Shown here in pieces: positions 56,401 to 63,022 of a stretch of DNA of 64,000 nucleotides; position 1 is the stretch's first letter; the number at the start of each line of letters is the position of its first letter. The notes beneath the pieces were generated by a model that saw nothing but the letters and a program-made list of their open reading frames with translations, was not told the origin of the DNA and ran no database searches. Position numbers and translations under genes: made by a program. The stretch comes from Candidatus Poribacteria bacterium (GTDB lineage Bacteria; Poribacteria; WGA-4E; WGA-3G): contig JAJEIE010000024.1 in NCBI GenBank assembly GCA_022827625.1, positions 40,227-104,226 on the forward strand, in the 5' to 3' direction.

Positions 56401-56510
56401 GTTCTTTATTTTTTCTGTAGGAGGGATTTCCAAATCCCGACTTCTTATACATCTGGTTCTTTATTTTTTCTGTAGGAGGGATTTCCGAATCCCGACTTCT
56501 TATACATCTG
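56401..56510. repeat. 2 x 55-bp tandem repeat, each unit containing a family B palindrome
   Basis: The unit GTTCTTTATTTTTTCTGTAGGAGGGATTTCCAAATCCCGACTTCTTATACATCTG is repeated with one mismatch. Confidence 0.85.
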
Positions 56511-56546
56511 GATGCCTGAACTTGTTCAGGAAAAGTATTTGAACCT

Positions 56547-56888
56547 CTAAACAAAAGGAGCTTCCGTCTCATAGAGCGCAGCGTTATAGCCGACAAGAAA
56601 GACATCCCCGCTCCTGACCGTAGGCGCACGGAGACTTCCGCTGCGTCCCAGCACCACCTTTAGGATCGCTTCTTGCGTGTCTTCAGTCGGCACAAAGGTT
56701 TCAACGCGCCGCCCTTTCGCAACAACGATACGTTCCGCACCGCCCATTAATTCCCATACCGCCCCTGCCTCCATTTTCTCTTTTCGAGCATCCGTACGGC
56801 TTTCCGCTTGTAAGTTGTGTGTGTCAAGTAACTCTTGCACTTTTTTACACGAGTTTCAGCCATTCCGAAAATAAATCCAATCTATCAT
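56547..56888 (-). CDS. ArsC/Spx-family thioredoxin-fold protein with in-frame TGA at the CxxC position (candidate selenoprotein, UxxC)
   Basis: The ORF track gives only 56547..56840. Extending the same frame upstream gives AAGGAG, 8 nt, then ATG (56886-56888), and MIDWIYFRNG-TGA(56856-56858)-NSCKKVQELLD...SLRAPTVRSGDVFLVGYNAALYE. This is the ArsC-family pattern with Sec/stop where the first Cys is expected. Confidence 0.6.
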
Positions 56889-56919
56889 CACAATTTCTCC
56901 TTACTTTGACATCTCTTGT

Positions 56920-56942
56920 GTACCGCAAACTGTTAGTTTGCG
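56920..56942. repeat. dispersed hairpin repeat family A
   Basis: GTACCGCAAACTGTTAGTTTGCG. Confidence 0.75.
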
Positions 56943-56963
56943 TATTCTGCCCACAATTTTTTT

Positions 56964-57025
56964 GGATGCCCCAACTTGTTGGGGACGCGAGACAGTGAAA
57001 CACTCCCGAACAAGTTCGGGCATCC
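56964..57025. repeat. 62-bp composite palindrome, family C
   Basis: GGATGCCCCAACTTGTTGGGGA ... TCCCGAACAAGTTCGGGCATCC. Each arm is itself a palindrome. Related copies lie at 56510-56530 and 62541-62585. Confidence 0.65.
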
Positions 57026-57060
57026 GGACATGGGGTATTACGGGTCCTGAATACCTTTAG

Positions 57061-58068
57061 CTAAAGATCCTTCACACGAATAAATCTACCAGTCCCACGG
57101 CTCTGAACAGCTGCGTCGATGAGCGCAAGCGTCTCAAGTCCGTCAGAGAACGGCGAACGAATTAACGTCCGATCACCCGTTTCAATCGCCCGCAACCATG
57201 CGCCTATTTTGCCCAAATTCGGATTGTTTTCGGAGACCATCGGTTCATCAACCGTTTCCCCATTCAAATAACCACGAATCGCGTTCTCTCCCATATTCGC
57301 CTGTAAGCGTAAATGCGGTCCGACAACCTCGACCTCAAAACTGAATTTTTCCGTGCCACAATGATTCATGTGCGTGCCAAAGACCCCGTTATCCAGTTGA
57401 TACGTCATCTGGATCGCGTTTTCAGCATCAAATTCCGTGCGTTCCAGCCCCATATTCTTTATTGCCAAGGCGTGCGCCTGCACCGGTTTCGGGTTCCCCA
57501 TAACGAACCGTGCGCAGTCCAACACATGCACCGCCTGTTCAGGCAAGGGACCCCCGCTGATCTCATACTGCAGAAACCACGGCGACATCCGGAAACTCAA
57601 GTAATAATCAACAGTGCAAACCGTCCGTACCAGATGCACCGTTTCCGAAGCAATCAACGCCTTCAACCGTTCATAGAGCGGATGATACCGGAGTTGAAAT
57701 CCAACAGCGGCAATAACGTCCGCTTTCTCAATACAGGCGAGACACTTTTGACCCTCAACCATGTTCAAGGCAGGCGGTTTTTCGACCATCATCGGAATAC
57801 CGCGATCGCACGCCATCTGGATAGGTTCAAAACGAATAGGGGGTGGCGTTGTAATCACCACCCCGTCCATCTCTACCTCGAAAAAAGCGTCCAATGCCGT
57901 CGTCGCAAGTTCAGTGTCGGCGTGTGTCGCGAGTTCGCGCGCCGCCGCAAGCCGCGTATCGTGAACAGCAACGACTTTGGCACCGTAGTTGGTCACCGCG
58001 CCATGATGATGTCGGCCCATATTACCAGCACCGATAATACCTATCGCTAACGGTTTTTGATGCATCAT
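57061..58068 (-). CDS. Gfo/Idh/MocA family oxidoreductase
   Basis: LAIGIIGAGNMGRHH Rossmann motif and EKPPALNM. The start is set to ATG 58068, which forms an ATGA overlap with the upstream stop. Confidence 0.8.
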   Translation of the reverse strand: MMHQKPLAIGIIGAGNMGRHHHGAVTNYGAKVVAVHDTRLAAARELATHADTELATTALDAFFEVEMDGVVITTPPPIRFEPIQMACDRGIPMMVEKPPALNMVEGQKCLACIEKADVIAAVGFQLRYHPLYERLKALIASETVHLVRTVCTVDYYLSFRMSPWFLQYEISGGPLPEQAVHVLDCARFVMGNPKPVQAHALAIKNMGLERTEFDAENAIQMTYQLDNGVFGTHMNHCGTEKFSFEVEVVGPHLRLQANMGENAIRGYLNGETVDEPMVSENNPNLGKIGAWLRAIETGDRTLIRSPFSDGLETLALIDAAVQSRGTGRFIRVKDL

Positions 58069-58778
58069 TCTTCCTTCAATTGACCCCACGTCAGAGATAA
58101 TTTCCCACTTGGTTCAACCGCCATCGGATCTCTACCGCCATAAATCTCAAGTTCATCAACACGAGCACCCGCATTCGCGCGTATATGGAGACGCAACCAG
58201 CGTGCCTCCACATCTTTGAAGGTGAACTCAGTCGTTTCGCTAATCGGATCACCCTTGTGTGTGTAGACTTTTGTCCATGTGTTCGCGTCCGAGTTTGGAT
58301 CGGCTTTCGTAGTTGCTACGAGGATATCAAAGTCAACGGTTGTCCGATCCACAAACCCTTGTGAGTGATCGCTACCGAATATGATCCGATTCACATTCGC
58401 GACGTCGCCCATATCAATCTGCGCCCACCCCGGTATCGCACCGATGATCCAGCTCCGGCAGTTATTATAGAAACCGTCGTTGAGGTATTCAGTGCAGTGC
58501 CGGCGTGGACACCAGCCTGCTATCTGTGAAGACGCTTCCGCCGTCGCATCTTTCAGGAGTGCCAAGTTCGGTTCATCGTCCCGAACCGTCGGCACGAATT
58601 CCGGTCCCGGCTTACCGCCAGCCTCGCAGGCATCCGTTGCCGCTTTAATATCCTGTTCCTTGAATTCGTAACGTCCAAATTTTTCAGGTCCCTGGTCTTC
58701 TTCATGGATTGCGAAGACAGTCGGTGCCCCCATTAGCATCACCAGCATCACAATCCCCAAATATGTTATCCATCTCAT
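58065..58778 (-). CDS. secreted F5/8 type C (discoidin/CBM32-like) domain protein
   Basis: Signal peptide. Contains GWAQIDMGDVANVNRIIFG...FTFKDVEARWLRLHIRANAGARVDELEIYGG, typical of discoidin domains. Confidence 0.7.
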   Translation of the reverse strand: MRWITYLGIVMLVMLMGAPTVFAIHEEDQGPEKFGRYEFKEQDIKAATDACEAGGKPGPEFVPTVRDDEPNLALLKDATAEASSQIAGWCPRRHCTEYLNDGFYNNCRSWIIGAIPGWAQIDMGDVANVNRIIFGSDHSQGFVDRTTVDFDILVATTKADPNSDANTWTKVYTHKGDPISETTEFTFKDVEARWLRLHIRANAGARVDELEIYGGRDPMAVEPSGKLSLTWGQLKEE

Positions 58779-58914
58779 TGTCTGTTCCTCCGTTTGTCTG
58801 TTGTAGCGTGATTACCAAATCCCGCGCCAACGGTGTGTAGGGTGCAAGTTATCATGCTTCCGGCATAATTTCTATTATACCATAATCTATTTCTCCCTTC
58901 AACCCAGAACCCTT

Positions 58915-59106
58915 CAACCCAACGTGCGATGAATCGCACTACTACGAACAGATGTTTGTTAAGGGAGAGGTGTCTACTCAACCCAACGTGCGATGAATCG
59001 CACTACTACGAACAGATGTTTGTTAAGGGAGAGGTGTCTACTCAACCCAACGTGCGATGAATCGCACTACTACAAACAGATGTTTGTTAAGGGAGAGGTG
59101 TCTACA
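58915..59106. repeat. 3 x 64-bp perfect or near-perfect tandem repeat (iteron-like)
   Basis: The unit is CAACCCAACGTGCGATGAATCGCACTACTACGAACAGATGTTTGTTAAGGGAGAGGTGTCTACT, starting at 58915, 58979 and 59043. Each unit contains the palindrome GTGCGAT-GA-ATCGCAC. Confidence 0.9.
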
Positions 59107-59219
59107 TAATGCTAAGCTTTACTGTAGTTTTCGGATTTTTGTCCATTTTAATCGGAGATCGCAGGTAGGAGCTTGCTGCTATAGGAAGGAGTCAGGATAA
59201 GGACGTGAACGCTTTCGTT

Positions 59220-62171
59220 CTAAAGTTCTGGGAGCCTATAAACACCCCGGCGAACCTTTACAATTTCACCGGTGTTTACAAGGCGGGTGAGTTCTGTATT
59301 TATTGCTTTCGGATGTCCTTGAATACGCGCCGCGAATTCCGGTGTTCTTTTTTCGCCATCAGCGAGAAGTGCGAGAATTTGCTCGCGGAACGGAACACGT
59401 GCGATTTTCCCACCCCTCAGTTTTCGCAACACTCGGTTCGCCTGCCTTGGGGAGCATCCGAGAACCGCCTCGACCTCTTTTCTGCTGGATTCAGGTGTGA
59501 GAGTGTCGCGTTCGGTCTCAAAGCGTTGGCGTGTCGCTATGACCTCGGAAAGTTTGTCTAACCCACCGGCGACATCGAAATCTTCCCAGTCAAAAAGAAG
59601 GGTTTCCGGTCTATCGGTGATCTCAGGAATTCGCAAGCCTGTAATCCACATAATTTTCTTGTTGGTTTCCAAACGGTGTAGCTGCGCCAGCCCTGTCATC
59701 CGTGTGAACATATCGGTGACCTCTTTTTCATAAACGCTTTGGACGCGTGCGTCTTTGTAACGGTAGGATTCAGGCTCCATTTCATAAGAGAGGGGTTTCT
59801 CGTCGTTTCCGAACAAGATCCGAGTGCGCTTCAAAATGGCGCGGGGCCCTATTTCCGGCAAGCCAACTATCCAGATAACCTGTGCCTCTTGAAAAGCGAT
59901 TTCCAATCCCGCCTCCCTCCGAAAACCCATCAGGAAACAGACGTTCTCATTTTTCGCGATATTGTTCAGCTGTTCAGTTGCGTGATCATAGGTGATAATC
60001 CCATGCTTAATATTCGGATCCCTTTCAATTTCGGTTTGGATCCTCCAGAAAATGCGCTTTCCAGTTTCAGATATCCCGAGAACGTCCCAGGTGTTGTCGA
60101 GTTCTAAAATTGCTTCCATTGGATAAATACCCGTACGCATCTGAAAAACACGGTTTCCGGGAACCCACGCCCGCGGTTCGGTGTCAAGGATCTCGGTTTT
60201 CTCATCCAAGAAGGCTTGATGTAGATGTCTGCCTTGGAGCGTCGCGGAAGGGACCAATAGGTATCTGACGCTCGAATGGAGGACCGGCGGCATCCAAAAC
60301 TGTAGCACTTCGTCCTCCCATTGCATCGGAGCATCAGCGTTTCGCGTGTAATGCGCGAAGAAACGCTTGAGTTGATGCCAAACTGTCCAGTTTGGATTTC
60401 CACGGACCGTCTGGGACATCTGTTCGATGATTTCTGCTTCCAGCCATTCAAACGTCTGTACCGCCATTCTGAGACGTTTGATGAAGTCGACATGGGATTT
60501 GTTTCTAATTTCTACTGCATTCAGCAGAAATGTGGCAAATTTTCCTAAGGCACCGCCTTGCCAGTCGGCAACCCACGCCTTCAATGTGGTTTTTGAGAGT
60601 TCGTATTCAAGAAACAGTTGATTCTCTCTTCTGGCACTGATGAGACAAAGCCGCTGTGTTTCATCGCCCCCTTCGAGAAGTTGTTCGGCTATTTTTGCGT
60701 ATTGTGGGTCCAAGAACAGACGACGATCTTCTAATATTTGTGCATTTCCCACATTTCGGTTTTGAAGCAGTTGTGCTGCCGCTGCCGCCAGCGCATCATT
60801 TGGAACGTTTAAACAGATGGCGCCATCATTACGCAGAACGGATTCTACTTCCGGGTCCTGTTCTGCGTCTGGCTGTGTAATAAATCCAAGAACGCGTGCG
60901 TTCCTATCAAAAGCGCGCTGTACCTGCGTGCTAATTGCTTCGCTGGTCTCATGCATCTTTTCTGTAGGGTCGGACTTCTGTAACACCGGTGGCGGACGTT
61001 TTATGCCCAGCGGACTGAGTTTCCCTTCCCGAATGGCAAGCACCTTAGCGTCTATCGGCAGCCCCGTCGCGGGGACCGGCGGTAGGATACCTGTATCGTT
61101 CCAAACATCTGTTATGAGCGTTGCCGCCGTCGGCAGTCCCGTGTCATCTGTCGTGGCACGTATCCACACACCCTCCTCGTTCTCCCACAATGATACCTCT
61201 ATATCGCCGATCGCCGCCCCTTGCCGCTTCCAATAGTGAAGTCCATCCGCTTGTCTGACGTAAGAAAATCCGCGCTTGAAAAACGCCTCTTTGGCAAGGT
61301 CAAGTTTAGCCGATCCGAGAGAGTAGGGTGCCTCGGGAATGCTCTCCTTACGTCGTTTGCTTTGGAGCACAGGTTCGTGGAGTTTCGCGCGAAGCGCGTC
61401 AAGAGGCGCAAAGAGTACCTCTTTAGCAATTACAGGTGGCTCTAACAGATTTCCGAGCAGAATTTCATAGCGCGCATCCCAGCAATTGTGTCCTTTTTCG
61501 CCAAAAATTTCGAGATACGCCTCGTGTTGGTCGGGATTCTCTGCGGTCGGTGTGCCTTTACAGACGTACAACCGTGCCTGCTGGGTGTCTGGGTGCAGGT
61601 ACCCCGGTATCCGACAAGAAAAGCGGAGCCCACCCGACTTTGACAGCGTCAACAACGGATTCGCAACTGCGCCAACAAGTGCTTGAACACAAGCAAGCAC
61701 GGCATCAGGGGCGGTACAGAGTGCTTCATACTTAAAATCGATGTCATGCCATGATGCCCCATCGCGTGCCGATGGCAGACCCGTATACAGATGAATTCCC
61801 CAAGACTTGTGCCATCGGATGGCACTCCAGTCTATTGCCTCTTGGCGTTTCAAAAACCGCTCACCCCCAAAAGAGCGCGGGGGACGGTCGGTTTCAGGGG
61901 CACGCCCTATCGGCATAAAGGAAATACCCACCGCCTCCAAGTCTTGAAGTGCGACAGGGTATCCGTGGGCACAGTAGACTGTGAAATGGTATGGAAGCCC
62001 TTTGTAAAGCCGAGGCGTTATGGTCGTCTTCCGTTGTTTAAGTGGGTTCGCGCGCCGTTCGTGGCAGCGGGCGATTATATCTTGAAAGAGATTGGTTGTC
62101 ATTGGCATCACAATCAGGCGATTTTTTATCCTTGGACGGAATAAATTTCGGCGCGTCTGTGGCAAACTCAC
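59220..62171 (-). CDS. large orphan protein: N-terminal primase-polymerase (AEP)-like domain, unknown central region, C-terminal HTH/winged-helix
   Basis: 983-aa uninterrupted ORF. N-terminal blocks resemble Prim-Pol motifs: GIHLYTGLPS...WHDIDFKY (DxD), LTLSKSGGLRFSCRIPG (sGG.H-like, with R in place of H) and YLEIFGEKGHNCW. The C-terminus VLGCSPRQANRVLRKL...INTELTRLVNTGEIVKVRRGVYRLP is HTH/wHTH-like. No Walker A motif seen. The start is uncertain (GTG 62171 or ATG 62108). Confidence 0.55.
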   Translation of the reverse strand: MSLPQTRRNLFRPRIKNRLIVMPMTTNLFQDIIARCHERRANPLKQRKTTITPRLYKGLPYHFTVYCAHGYPVALQDLEAVGISFMPIGRAPETDRPPRSFGGERFLKRQEAIDWSAIRWHKSWGIHLYTGLPSARDGASWHDIDFKYEALCTAPDAVLACVQALVGAVANPLLTLSKSGGLRFSCRIPGYLHPDTQQARLYVCKGTPTAENPDQHEAYLEIFGEKGHNCWDARYEILLGNLLEPPVIAKEVLFAPLDALRAKLHEPVLQSKRRKESIPEAPYSLGSAKLDLAKEAFFKRGFSYVRQADGLHYWKRQGAAIGDIEVSLWENEEGVWIRATTDDTGLPTAATLITDVWNDTGILPPVPATGLPIDAKVLAIREGKLSPLGIKRPPPVLQKSDPTEKMHETSEAISTQVQRAFDRNARVLGFITQPDAEQDPEVESVLRNDGAICLNVPNDALAAAAAQLLQNRNVGNAQILEDRRLFLDPQYAKIAEQLLEGGDETQRLCLISARRENQLFLEYELSKTTLKAWVADWQGGALGKFATFLLNAVEIRNKSHVDFIKRLRMAVQTFEWLEAEIIEQMSQTVRGNPNWTVWHQLKRFFAHYTRNADAPMQWEDEVLQFWMPPVLHSSVRYLLVPSATLQGRHLHQAFLDEKTEILDTEPRAWVPGNRVFQMRTGIYPMEAILELDNTWDVLGISETGKRIFWRIQTEIERDPNIKHGIITYDHATEQLNNIAKNENVCFLMGFRREAGLEIAFQEAQVIWIVGLPEIGPRAILKRTRILFGNDEKPLSYEMEPESYRYKDARVQSVYEKEVTDMFTRMTGLAQLHRLETNKKIMWITGLRIPEITDRPETLLFDWEDFDVAGGLDKLSEVIATRQRFETERDTLTPESSRKEVEAVLGCSPRQANRVLRKLRGGKIARVPFREQILALLADGEKRTPEFAARIQGHPKAINTELTRLVNTGEIVKVRRGVYRLPEL

Positions 62172-62424
62172 GCTAAAAATATTTATGAGATGTTCACAAA
62201 CTTCACATTCTCACATCAGTTAGTAGTGTGTATTATTATATCAAAAATCTCCGCTTAGGTCAAGTTTTAAATGAGCGTAAAGTCAATAGGCATCAGGCTT
62301 TAAGCGATAGTTAGGTTGGGACGTATTTGATTTTGAAAGTAGATAATAATAGCGTATATCCTGATCAAACGTTTTCGGTAATTCGAGATTTCCCGCAAGC
62401 TCCGGTAGGCGCGGTTAGTCTTTT

Positions 62425-62447
62425 GTACCACAAACTGTTAGTTTGTG
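62425..62447. repeat. dispersed hairpin repeat family A (variant)
   Basis: GTACCACAAACTGTTAGTTTGTG. A half copy in reverse orientation lies at 62623-62635. Confidence 0.7.
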
Positions 62448-62748
62448 TATAGACTTTGTACCGAAAACTAAATCGGTATTTTTTCCCGGAAGCCCGGATT
62501 TAGTATGGGGCGAGACTAAATCCGGGCCTTGTATTACATTCTTGTTCGGAACAGATCGGGCAACCCCGAATAAATTCGGGCTTCCAGATATTAGGACATT
62601 ACCAAATTAATAAATCTTCATACAGTTTGCGGTACAAAACCTTTCTGGAGAATGAACGCCTTTCATTAAAAACAGGGGTCTGATCCCCTAAAATTTTGTA
62701 AATAGCAACTTAATGTTGCTGATTTTTATCAAAATATCTTATTTTTTA

Positions 62749-62777
62749 TTGATTTTTTGTAAAAATTTGCGTATAAT
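62749..62777 (+). promoter_or_regulatory. sigma-70 promoter in the long AT-rich spacer
   Basis: TTGATT (62749-62754), a 17-nt spacer, then TATAAT (62772-62777), about 245 nt upstream of the next ATG. Confidence 0.45.
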
Positions 62778-62909
62778 TTGTAGTTGGATAAGGATATTAC
62801 TATTTTAATCCTAAAATATATATAAAAATCGACCTATTATAACCAAAGAGGTTTGTTATTCCAAGCGCATCGGCATCCGCTATGCTGTCAACATCTAAAG
62901 CCGCCCAGT

Positions 62910-62932
62910 GTACCGCAAACTGTTAGTTTGCG
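62910..62932. repeat. dispersed hairpin repeat family A
   Basis: GTACCGCAAACTGTTAGTTTGCG. Confidence 0.75.
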
Positions 62933-63022
62933 TGCGTTAGATTTTCTGCTTTTCTCGGCATTACCGAGTTAAATTCTTAATCCGCATTTAAGCGATATTT
63001 ATTTTAAAACGGGGTGAACATC

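Noticed and set aside
56401-56510. Possible CRISPR array, given the palindromic ~27-nt repeat with ~28-nt spacing.
   Set aside because: There are only two units, the 'spacers' are identical, and no cas genes are present. It is a plain tandem duplication.
56856-56858. Alternative genetic code (TGA as Trp or Gly) as the explanation for the in-frame TGA.
   Set aside because: TGA terminates several well-supported genes here: the MTase at 54182, the discoidin gene at 58065, hyuB at 25406, and all three ATGA junctions of the ECF operon. Gly or Trp would also destroy the CxxC-type site.
58775-58981. 68-aa ORF over the 64-bp tandem repeat.
   Set aside because: It is generated by the repeat sequence itself and has no independent support.
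53235-62171. Calling the R-M to 983-aa gene region a defined mobile element or genomic island.
   Set aside because: No integrase, transposase, tRNA attachment site or clear direct-repeat boundaries are visible. Housekeeping-type oxidoreductase genes are interspersed. I keep it as a hypothesis in the findings only.
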